A DNA stretch of 64,000 bases from Alphaproteobacteria bacterium (GTDB lineage: Bacteria > Pseudomonadota > Alphaproteobacteria > UBA11136), in the NCBI GenBank assembly GCA_030739855.1, contig JASLYJ010000003.1:6276-70275 (forward strand). The letters are read 5' to 3'. The position numbers and the translations under genes were made by a program. The notes under the pieces were generated by a model that had not been told where the DNA came from, made no database searches, and was given only the letters and a program-made list of their open reading frames with translations. Of this stretch, positions 9,246 to 17,902 are shown piece after piece. The first letter of the stretch is position 1, and the number at the start of each line of letters is the position of its first letter.

Positions 9246-9829
9246 GTTCGAGAATACCGCCGTTTGGGCGGGAAGTGGCGCCATATGAAGAATGCGCGAT
9301 TTACAACCAAACCGCATGCTAATGCAAGCCCCGACCGCTAGTGCCCGCCTTAGGCCCAGCCTCAATGAGAAAACGGGCCGCGCACAAGACACGGCCCGAG
9401 TTCAGGGAGGGAACACCAAAAGGTGTCCAGCGGCATCATCAAGGGGGGTAAAAGGAAGATACCGCAATGCACAAAATAGTATCAGGGATGTTATATTACA
9501 AGAAAAAACTGTATCTTCATGTTTTCTATAAAAAAATTTTATATACATAAAAAAAGTTTAATTATAAATATTATATTTTTTGCACCGCATTATCCCTCAA
9601 AAGAAGGTTTTCAAAATCTCCTGGCCCTTTCCCTTTCCTCAAATAACTCCGCCAGAAAATGACAGAAAGGGCGAGAATGCAGTTGCAACTGAAAGCAGTC
9701 TTGACGGCAGCACCCAACGGCGTACAACTGCGCCACAGGACTGAACGGTTCACATCACGGAGTACATGTCTTGTCTTTGCGGTTGGTAACGTCCTGGCAC
9801 GGCGGATTTCGGCAGCGGGCGTTGCCGGC

Positions 9830-10666
9830 ATGACCCATGCCAGGAACCCAAAAATAGCGCCACGCAGCATTTACGATCTGCCTTCCGCCTTGGCGCGGGA
9901 GGTAGAGCTTGATGAACACCTTCGGGGAAAGGAATTAGCAGTCTTTCTCGACTATGACGGAACGCTCACCTATATTGCCGAGCGGCCTGCATTGGCCTCA
10001 CTTTCCAAGAATATGCGCGCTATCATCGCTTCTTTAGCCAAACGCTGTACCGTGACCGTGGTCAGCGGCCGCGACCGTGAGGACGTGGAAGATCTGGTGG
10101 GGCTGGACAATGTGATCTATGCCGGGAATCACGGATTCGACATTGCCGCGCCAAATAACGTGGCCGTGCGGCGTGAGGAGGGCATGGAATTTACCGAACG
10201 ACTGGCCAGGGTCGCCTCGGACCTGCAAAAAGAACTTGCTGGTTTCAAGGGTGTCCTCATAGAAACCAAGAAGGCCTCCGTCGCCGTACATTACCGCCAA
10301 GTAACGGCGGAAACACGTAAGGAAGTGCCTCTAGTGGTAGCCCGAACTCTAGAGCAACACCCCGAGCTGCGGCTTACCCATGGCAAAATGGTGTGCGAAA
10401 TCCAGCCCAAGGTGGATTGGGACAAGGGCCGGACGGTTCTTTTCCTGCTAGAAGCCTTGGGCCTCGACACCCCTGATGTCATACCCATCTACGTTGGCGA
10501 CGATATCACCGACGAAGATGCCTTCCGGGCACTCAAGGGCCGGGGAATCGGCGTCTTTGTGGGGAATGACAGCGAAGACGGTTTCGACGAGCGGAAAACT
10601 TCCGCTGATTACATAATCGGGGACCCTAGCGAAGTGGGGCGGCTGCTTGAACGCCTTGCCCGTTGA
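9830..10666 (+). CDS. otsB: trehalose-6-phosphate phosphatase
   Basis: HAD motif I FLDYDGTL, then VSGRD and YVGDDITDEDAF. Start moved to MTHARN (9830). The track start 9659 adds 57 Arg-rich residues that look non-coding. The exact start is uncertain. Confidence 0.85.
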   Translation: MTHARNPKIAPRSIYDLPSALAREVELDEHLRGKELAVFLDYDGTLTYIAERPALASLSKNMRAIIASLAKRCTVTVVSGRDREDVEDLVGLDNVIYAGNHGFDIAAPNNVAVRREEGMEFTERLARVASDLQKELAGFKGVLIETKKASVAVHYRQVTAETRKEVPLVVARTLEQHPELRLTHGKMVCEIQPKVDWDKGRTVLFLLEALGLDTPDVIPIYVGDDITDEDAFRALKGRGIGVFVGNDSEDGFDERKTSADYIIGDPSEVGRLLERLAR

Positions 10667-10821
10667 CCGCGTTACTCGACTACCCTCGCCCGGGGCTCCC
10701 TCCGCAACCTCAGAATTATGTACTGGGATTTCGTAAAAGACCCTTCCCAAGGCGGCATTCACTCCGGATACTGGAACCAACGTGTTAGCAAGCCCCGTCT
10801 ATTACAAACCATGAAACCCAT

Positions 10822-12609
10822 ATGAGCGACCTCAATCTCGCCCTCATCGGCAACTGCAGCTATGCCGCCCTTATTGACCAGCAAGCTAGGGTGGTCTGGG
10901 CCTGCTTGCCCCGGTTTGACGCTGACCCCGTCTTCAGCGCCTTGCTTAACGGCGACATCACCGAGGATGCGCGCGGTCTTTATGAGGTTGAACTAAAAAA
11001 CTTTTCCCATAGCTCCCAGGAATACCTGCCCAACACCGCCATTCTGCGCACCATCCTCCACGACCGCATCGGCGGTGCGGTGGAGATCACCGATTTCGCC
11101 CCCCGTTTTAAACAGTTCGGTCGCATCTACCGCCCGGTGATGCTGGTGCGGCATATCCGCCCCCTTTTCGGAAACCCAGTTGTCCGGGTGCGGCTGCGGC
11201 CTGCCCACAGCTACGGTGCAGGAACACCGGAAACTACCTACGGCAGCAACCATATCCGATACGTGTCTCCGGAGCTGACCCTACGCCTGACCACCGACTT
11301 GCCCGTAGCTTACGTTATGGACGAAATTCCCTTCCTCCTCGATAACGGCCACACCCTAATCCTGGGGCCCGACGAAAGCCTGTCCCGAGCCATTAGTGCC
11401 ACCGGACGATCCTTCTTTGAAAACACCCGCGAGCACTGGCACGAGATGGCGCGCCACCTAGCCATTCCCTTCGAATGGCAGGAAGAAGTGATCCGTGCCG
11501 CCATCACGCTGAAACTGTGCAATTTCGAGGAAAGTGGGGCGATCCTGGCAGCAGTGACCACCTCCATCCCCGAAGCTCCCAACAGCGAACGCAACTGGGA
11601 TTACCGGTTCTGCTGGCTTCGGGATTCCTATTTTGTGGTCCAGGCTCTCAACCGTCTCGGCATCACCCGCACTATGGAAGACTATGTGCGCTATATCCTC
11701 AACATTGCCTCTACCACCGACGATAGGACGCCGCAACCAGTCTACGGCATCACGCTAGACACTAAGCTTACCGAACGCTCAGAGCCCCATCTCGCCGGCT
11801 ATCGTGGTATGGGGCCGGTACGGGCCGGTAACCAAGCCTACGAACAGGTACAGAACGACGTGTACGGCAGTATCATTCTCACCGCTACCATGTTCTTTTT
11901 CGACCAGAGACTAGTCCAACCCGGGAATCTAGATCTCTACGAGACCCTCGAGGCGTTGGGCCACCGCGCTCTGGACCTATTCGAGCAGCCCGATGCGGGG
12001 CTGTGGGAATTGCGTAGCGGTTCCCGTGTGCACACTTTTTCCAGTGTCATGTGCTGGGCCGCTTGCGATCGCTTGGCGCGGATTGCCACCCGACTCGACC
12101 TCAAGCCACGCAACAGATTCTGGCGCCAGAAGGCCGAGCACATACGTAAGGTGATTCTCAACAAGGCGTGGAACGTTGATCTCAACAGCTTCGTGGAGAG
12201 CTTCAGCGGCAAAGAACTGGATGCTAGTCTTCTGCTACTGCATGAGCTGGGGTTCATTGAACCCACGGACCCACGGTTTGTGGGCACAGTGGAGGCCATC
12301 GAAAAACAGTTGCGGCACGGCGATTTTTTGTTCCGCTACGCCAAGGCCGATGATTTTGGAAAGCCCAAAAATGCTTTCCTCGTCTGTACCTTCTGGTATA
12401 TCGACGCGTTGGCCGCCATCGGCCGCAGAGCGGAAGCCCGGGAGTTATTCGAGAATATGCTTGCCCACCGCAACCATGTTGGGCTTTTCTCCGAAGACAT
12501 TGACCCCAAAACCGGGGAGCTCTGGGGTAACTTCCCGCAAACATATTCCATGGTGGGTCTCGTTAATTCCGCCATGCGGTTGAGCAAAAGCTGGGAGGGA
12601 GCCTTTTGA
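10822..12609 (+). CDS. glycoside hydrolase family 15 protein (glucoamylase/trehalase-like)
   Basis: 595 aa with NWDYRFCWLRDSYF and the (alpha/alpha)6-type C-half. It sits between otsB and otsA, and its stop overlaps the otsA TTG start (TTGA, 12606-12609). Confidence 0.85.
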   Translation: MSDLNLALIGNCSYAALIDQQARVVWACLPRFDADPVFSALLNGDITEDARGLYEVELKNFSHSSQEYLPNTAILRTILHDRIGGAVEITDFAPRFKQFGRIYRPVMLVRHIRPLFGNPVVRVRLRPAHSYGAGTPETTYGSNHIRYVSPELTLRLTTDLPVAYVMDEIPFLLDNGHTLILGPDESLSRAISATGRSFFENTREHWHEMARHLAIPFEWQEEVIRAAITLKLCNFEESGAILAAVTTSIPEAPNSERNWDYRFCWLRDSYFVVQALNRLGITRTMEDYVRYILNIASTTDDRTPQPVYGITLDTKLTERSEPHLAGYRGMGPVRAGNQAYEQVQNDVYGSIILTATMFFFDQRLVQPGNLDLYETLEALGHRALDLFEQPDAGLWELRSGSRVHTFSSVMCWAACDRLARIATRLDLKPRNRFWRQKAEHIRKVILNKAWNVDLNSFVESFSGKELDASLLLLHELGFIEPTDPRFVGTVEAIEKQLRHGDFLFRYAKADDFGKPKNAFLVCTFWYIDALAAIGRRAEARELFENMLAHRNHVGLFSEDIDPKTGELWGNFPQTYSMVGLVNSAMRLSKSWEGAF

Positions 12610-13997
12610 AACGCCTGATCGTCGTTTCCAACCGCGTCACCCCGAGTGACGAAGGTAATGCCAGTGCTGGCGGACTGGCAGTGGCCGTTCTTGCCGCCCT
12701 AAAGCAGCGCGGTGGACTGTGGTTCGGCTGGAACGGAGAAACCTGCCAGGGAACAGATCCAAACCCGGAAATCGTGAAAGCCGGCAGCCTCACCTTCGCC
12801 ACCCTTCCCATGCCGGAGCCAGACTTCGATCTCTATTACAACGGCTACGCCAACCGCTCGCTTTGGCCCCTGTTTCACTATCGCACCGATCTGGCCTTCT
12901 TCGACCACAATTTTTTCGAGGCCTATCTGCGGATCAATGGCCTGTTTGCCACCAAGCTCCTCCCATTCCTTCAGGAGGACGATCTGATCTGGATCCATGA
13001 TTACCACTTGATACCCATGGGCCAGCACCTGCGTGACGCGGGCATGAAACAGCCCATTGGTTTCTTCCTTCACACGCCGTTTCCGGCTATGGAGATTCTG
13101 CTCACCCTTCCCAACCATAAGAGTCTCATCAAAAGCCTGTGCGCTTACGACCTAGTAGGTTTCCAGAGCACTAGTGATCTGCGCGCCTTTCACGATTACA
13201 TTATCCACGAAGCTGGGGGGGAAATCTTCGAGAGCGGAGTGGTGCGAGCCTTTGGCCGCACCACGCTTGCTCGCGTCTTTGCCATTAGCATCGACACCAA
13301 GACCATCGCCCAGCAATCCATCCGCGCCATCCGCACCAAGGCCGTCAACCGCCTGAGCAAAAGCCTCAACGAACGTGTGCTCGTCATCGGCGTTGACCGA
13401 CTCGACTACAGCAAGGGCTTGGCGCAACGTTTCCGCGGCTATGAACGCTTGCTAAAGCATTATCCGGAGAACCTCAACCAGGTGGTATTCCTGCAAATTG
13501 CCCCGCCGTCGCGCACCGAAGTGCCCGAATATGTTGATATTCGCCACGAACTTGAAACCTTGGCCGGGAATATCAACGGTTATTTTGCAGAATTCGACTG
13601 GATCCCAGTCCGTTATCTCAACAAAGGCTATACTATGCAACGGCTTGCTGGGTTCTACCGTATCGGCCGCGTTGGTCTGGTGACGCCTCTACGTGATGGT
13701 ATGAATCTGGTAGCCAAGGAATTCGTTGCCGCCCAGAACCCCGCTGATCCCGGGGTGCTGGTGTTGTCGCGGTTCGCCGGGGCTGCGCAGGAGCTGACTG
13801 AGGCCCTGATCGTTAATCCCTTCGATGTGGATGACCTGTCCAATGCCATACAGCGCGCTATCACTATGCCCCTTGAAGAAAGGCGTAAAAGATGGGGAGC
13901 CATGATGGAGACCCTGAAGAAGAACGATATCTTCTCCTGGCGTGACAGTTTCCTCTCGGAGTTAGAGAAGGCTCCCGCCACCCTCGAGGGCGCCTGA
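12606..13997 (+). CDS. otsA: alpha,alpha-trehalose-phosphate synthase (GT20)
   Basis: MKRLIVVSNRV, NRSLWPLFHY, IWIHDYHL, GVDRLDYSKG and PLRDGMNLVAKEF are classical OtsA motifs. Confidence 0.92.
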   Translation: MKRLIVVSNRVTPSDEGNASAGGLAVAVLAALKQRGGLWFGWNGETCQGTDPNPEIVKAGSLTFATLPMPEPDFDLYYNGYANRSLWPLFHYRTDLAFFDHNFFEAYLRINGLFATKLLPFLQEDDLIWIHDYHLIPMGQHLRDAGMKQPIGFFLHTPFPAMEILLTLPNHKSLIKSLCAYDLVGFQSTSDLRAFHDYIIHEAGGEIFESGVVRAFGRTTLARVFAISIDTKTIAQQSIRAIRTKAVNRLSKSLNERVLVIGVDRLDYSKGLAQRFRGYERLLKHYPENLNQVVFLQIAPPSRTEVPEYVDIRHELETLAGNINGYFAEFDWIPVRYLNKGYTMQRLAGFYRIGRVGLVTPLRDGMNLVAKEFVAAQNPADPGVLVLSRFAGAAQELTEALIVNPFDVDDLSNAIQRAITMPLEERRKRWGAMMETLKKNDIFSWRDSFLSELEKAPATLEGA

Positions 13998-13999
13998 CA

Positions 14000-14980
14000 A
14001 TGGCAAGGCCGGCGCAAACACCAAAGCTGCTTGCTGATATCGGCGGCACCAACGCCCGTTTCGCCCTGCTCGATAAAGATAGCGGGATCGTCCATTTTCA
14101 AACCCTCACCAGCGGCGACTATCCTGACCTCGGCACAGCGGCAGTAGCCTATCTTGAGTCCCTCGGCCTGGCAGCTTCCCCCCGTGAAGCTGCCTTCGCC
14201 GTAGCTGCACCAGTACCCCTGCGGGGGATGGATGATAGCGTGACCTTCACCAACCGCGCCTGGTCCCTTTCCATAGCAGAAGTCAAAAAACGCCTTGCCT
14301 TAACACGGCTCGAGGTGGTCAACGATTTCACGGCCATCGCCCTGGCTTTGGCTCATTTAGGTGAACACGACCTTGATCAGGTGGGCGACGGTAGAGAGGA
14401 AAAGGACGGTGTTAAGGCGGTACTGGGCCCCGGCACAGGGCTCGGTATTTCTGGTTTTGTACCATCTTCTTCGGGCGGCGTACCCCTAGCCAGCGAGGGC
14501 GGACACGTGACCATAGCTGCAACCAACAACCGGGAAAGCCTAGTGCTTGGTATTCTGCGGGAAAAATTCGGCCATGTGTCCGCCGAACGCATGTTATCTG
14601 GACAGGGGCTGGTCAATATCGCCGGAGCCTTGGCTAAGATAGAAAACAAATCCACTCCGGCCGAGACCCCAGATGACATTACTCGGGATGGCCTGAGCGG
14701 TGAATGCAGGCTGTGCGCCGAAACACTTCAAATGTTCTGCTCCATGCTCGGCACGGTGGCCGCCGACTTAGCGCTTACTTTGGGGGCACGCGGCGGGGTT
14801 TACATTGCCGGAGGTATTGTGCCCCGATTAGGGCCCATGTTCGCGGACACGCTCTTCCGCGCTCGCTTTGAGGATAAAGGCCGTTATTCTGATTACCTTT
14901 CGAATATCCCCACCTGGGTGATTACCCACGACACCCCAGCCTTTCTGGGGCTGAAGGCCTTTCTCAGCTGGGACACCTGA
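14000..14980 (+). CDS. glk: glucokinase
   Basis: LLADIGGTNARFAL ATP-binding N-terminus, GPGTGLG, and GGVYIAGGIVPR. Starts 2 nt after the otsA stop. Confidence 0.88.
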   Translation: MARPAQTPKLLADIGGTNARFALLDKDSGIVHFQTLTSGDYPDLGTAAVAYLESLGLAASPREAAFAVAAPVPLRGMDDSVTFTNRAWSLSIAEVKKRLALTRLEVVNDFTAIALALAHLGEHDLDQVGDGREEKDGVKAVLGPGTGLGISGFVPSSSGGVPLASEGGHVTIAATNNRESLVLGILREKFGHVSAERMLSGQGLVNIAGALAKIENKSTPAETPDDITRDGLSGECRLCAETLQMFCSMLGTVAADLALTLGARGGVYIAGGIVPRLGPMFADTLFRARFEDKGRYSDYLSNIPTWVITHDTPAFLGLKAFLSWDT

Positions 14981-15041
14981 ATTTCCCATCCCCTCATGAC
15001 CACGACGGGGAAAAGAGGGAAAAGTTAAGAAACCGCAATAT

Positions 15042-15809
15042 TTATACTCGGTACGATTCTTCTGAACGTGCATTGCCGATCTGATTCGGTGCGTAGTTCG
15101 ACCATTTATTTTCGTAGTATTGGGCCCTCTTATCACCCTCGGATTTTTTGTTGAAGGTCAGGAAGATATTTCGCCGACTCTTGTCGCTAGTGTTGGGTGG
15201 AGAACCGTGGGGCACGAAGGAATCAAAAAAGATGACGTCTCCGGGATCAGCCTCAAGTAGCACATATTCGTCCTCTGGCACGTATGGAGGATCATCCTCC
15301 GACAAAGGCTGCCAATCTTCCGTCATGAGTTTACGCTCGTAGTTTCCTGAATTCATGAAGCTCAGGGCAGCATTTTCTTTCCTATTCTCGTCCACCACAA
15401 TGCCCATCGTGATGTAGAAGTCACCGTAAGCGTTCCAGCCGGCAGCATGATCCTGGTGCAGCTTGTCCGCCCGGCAGCCGGGTAGCTTGTAGTTGATTTT
15501 CTCTTTGAACAGAATAGGAGGCTCACCCAGAAGCTGGGTCAAACATTCAATAGCCTCGGGAGCAAGAAGAAGTTGGCCGAGTTCGGGGTTGTTATCACCA
15601 AGAACATTCTCTATGCGCACCAGAATGTTCTCGCCAGTGGCCGGGCTTTCCTCATAGTACTTCGCCTCCTGACCTTCAGCGGGTTGCTTGTCCCGCAGTT
15701 TGTCCAAGTAGGCAGAGACCTCTTCCATCACCGCCTCGTCTAAGAAGCCTTTCAATACGATGAACCCCTTACTCCTAAACTCTTCTACCTGTTCACTGCC
15801 AAGAAGCAT
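15042..15809 (-). CDS. phytanoyl-CoA dioxygenase (PhyH) family Fe(II)/2-oxoglutarate oxygenase
   Basis: 255 aa. Contains LHQDH (HxD facial-triad element) and a distal FVPHGSPPNTS...RR, in the general PhyH layout. The gene and the 410 bp upstream look clearly AT-richer than their surroundings. Substrate unknown. Confidence 0.7.
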   Translation of the reverse strand: MLLGSEQVEEFRSKGFIVLKGFLDEAVMEEVSAYLDKLRDKQPAEGQEAKYYEESPATGENILVRIENVLGDNNPELGQLLLAPEAIECLTQLLGEPPILFKEKINYKLPGCRADKLHQDHAAGWNAYGDFYITMGIVVDENRKENAALSFMNSGNYERKLMTEDWQPLSEDDPPYVPEDEYVLLEADPGDVIFFDSFVPHGSPPNTSDKSRRNIFLTFNKKSEGDKRAQYYENKWSNYAPNQIGNARSEESYRV

Positions 15810-16220
15810 TTTTTGTTTCCTCTTATTGTGCGAGTAATTTCTGTAACACTAGCCACGTGATAATCTGTATACAAATAAGTAATGTCATCACAATAGTCCA
15901 ACACCTCGCAATCTTCCCATTAGAGTCACGCCTGCGACAACCAGTCACACCCGCTAGCTCCCAGGAATGCCTCTATAGTGGATACTTATAACAGTTCGGT
16001 AACACATTACTTTTTTTAGTTTTGCCTCCTGTTTTTCTGGAAAAATACAAAAGTGCCCTGAGTTATTAATTAATATTTCCTAGGAAGCGCCGGAATTGAC
16101 AGCAATCGCGGCTTTTCACTTTCAGAGGTGTCGTACGGGCACTGTTAGTGTGACGTAATTTGGTGAGCACTTCCCATGTGAAATCTGGTTACCATGCCCC
16201 AGCGAGGTGATACGTAGATT

Positions 16221-16910
16221 ATGAAAGAGGCTGTCCTAGGATGTGGGAACACAGAGTTGCCGTTGCCGCTGTCACCGGTGTTACTCGCCGGGATGGCCTT
16301 GTGTCCGTTGCCGCCGACTCTAATGCAGCCCGCGTTGCACATTGCCATGACGACAATCTGGCGACGTCATCCGGAAGTCTTCGATCGTCTGTCGTGCTTG
16401 GAAAATCCGGTCTTTCTAATCGACCCCACAGATCTGCCGCTCGTTTTCGTCCTTAGGACCAACTCCGCCGAGCCGAGCCTAATGGCGGCGCGGAATGCGG
16501 ACGCTATCGAAGCAACGGCCACAGTGCGCGGACCGCTAATGGCGCTAGTCAGCTTGCTTGAGGGCACCAGCGACGGCGATGCCCTATTCTTTTCGCGTTC
16601 ACTTGTGGTGGAGGGAGACACCGAGGCGGTGGTGGCCCTGCGCAATGCTGTGGATGACGCAGAAATCGACCTGCTCGAAGACTTATTCTCGATGTTTGGA
16701 CCGTTGGCATATCCAGTGCGACACGTGGTTGACACTATTGCGGAAGTGGCGTTACAAACCGCCCGCAATATGGAAACAATCTACTCCGTCTTTATCTCCC
16801 CAGCCATGCACCTGGACAATATCCGTGAGATGCATCCAGAAGGGCTAGACAAGAAGGTAGATTCGCAGGCCCGTGGCGGTCACTGTTTGCAAATTGAAAA
16901 CCATGTCTAA
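16221..16910 (+). CDS. ubiT: SCP2-domain ubiquinone accessory factor, UbiT-like
   Basis: Contains RHPEVFDRL...FLIDPTDLPLVFVL...DGDALFFSRSLVVEGDTEAVVALRNAVD, the YhbT/UbiT SCP2 pattern. Its stop overlaps the ubiU ATG (ATGTCTAA, 16903-16910). It carries about 55 extra C-terminal residues. The start is not certain. Confidence 0.75.
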   Translation: MKEAVLGCGNTELPLPLSPVLLAGMALCPLPPTLMQPALHIAMTTIWRRHPEVFDRLSCLENPVFLIDPTDLPLVFVLRTNSAEPSLMAARNADAIEATATVRGPLMALVSLLEGTSDGDALFFSRSLVVEGDTEAVVALRNAVDDAEIDLLEDLFSMFGPLAYPVRHVVDTIAEVALQTARNMETIYSVFISPAMHLDNIREMHPEGLDKKVDSQARGGHCLQIENHV

Positions 16911-17892
16911 AAAGCTTGAGCTTGTCTGTCCTGCAGGGACTCCGGCTTCGCTGCGGGCCGCCGTCGATGCCGGTGCCGATGTGGTCTACCTCGGGTTCCG
17001 CGACGTTACTAACGCCCGTAATTTCCCCGGCCTCAATTTCAGTCGTGACGAACTGCGCGCGGGATTAGACTACGCCCATGCGCTCGACAGGCAGATCTAC
17101 GTCACCATTAACACATTTCCTAAAGCAGGAAATTCCGGACCGTGGCGCAAGGCTATCGACGATGCGTCGGTGCTGGGTGCCGACGCCATCATTCTCGCCG
17201 ACATCGGACTGATCGATTACGCGGCGAGTATGCATCCTAAATTACGCCGGCACCTTTCAGTACAAGCGTCGGCTTCCAACACCGAAGCAATCCGTTTTTA
17301 CCAAGAGGCCTTTGGCATCCAAAGGGTGATACTACCGCGTGTACTCACCGTGGCAGAAATCACCGAACTCAACCGCAAGATCGCCATCGAGACCGAGGTT
17401 TTTGTCTTCGGTGGGTTGTGCGTCATGGCCGAAGGCCGCTGCGCCCTCTCGTCCTACGTAACCGGTAAATCTCCCAATATCAGCGGTGTCTGCTCACCGG
17501 CCAGCCATGTGCGCTACGAAGAAGAAGAGGGGCGGCTTGTTTCCCGCCTTGGCGGTTATATCATCAATACCTTTTCCGAGGGTGAAAAAGCCGGTTATCC
17601 GACCCTATGCAAGGGTCGCTTCGTAGCCAACGGACAGGCTCACTATCTGTTCGAAGAACCTACCAGCCTCAATGCGATCCATATACTGCCGGAGCTCATG
17701 GCTGCTGGCGTAACAGCATTGAAGATCGAGGGACGGCAGCGGGGCCGCGCCTACATTTCCCAAGTTGTGGCCGCTTTCCGCTACGCCGTCGATGCAGCAG
17801 CTGATGAACTCACCGTATCAAGAGAAGATCTGATCGCCGTCACCGAAGGCCAACGGAAAACATCCGGTGCTTACGAAAAGACCTGGCGCTAG
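16903..17892 (+). CDS. ubiU: U32-family protein, UbiU-like (O2-independent ubiquinone hydroxylation)
   Basis: Begins MSKKLELVCPAGT. Peptidase-U32 fold with the Cys pattern C-x6-C-x16-C-x38-C (LCVMAEGRC...SGVCSP...TLCKGRF). Start moved to ATG 16903. Confidence 0.8.
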   Translation: MSKKLELVCPAGTPASLRAAVDAGADVVYLGFRDVTNARNFPGLNFSRDELRAGLDYAHALDRQIYVTINTFPKAGNSGPWRKAIDDASVLGADAIILADIGLIDYAASMHPKLRRHLSVQASASNTEAIRFYQEAFGIQRVILPRVLTVAEITELNRKIAIETEVFVFGGLCVMAEGRCALSSYVTGKSPNISGVCSPASHVRYEEEEGRLVSRLGGYIINTFSEGEKAGYPTLCKGRFVANGQAHYLFEEPTSLNAIHILPELMAAGVTALKIEGRQRGRAYISQVVAAFRYAVDAAADELTVSREDLIAVTEGQRKTSGAYEKTWR

Positions 17893-17902
17893 GAAGGCTA
17901 GC

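Noticed and set aside
9054-9392. 112-aa minus-strand ORF
   Set aside because: It overlaps the whole tRNA-Val gene and its terminator hairpin, and has no coding-like features.
16096-16109. FNR/Anr/FixK box upstream of ubiT (TTGAC-AGCA-ATCGC)
   Set aside because: Only about 7 of 10 consensus positions match TTGAT-N4-ATCAA. The right half-site is poor. No -10 element lies at the spacing expected for a class II promoter. This is too weak to call.
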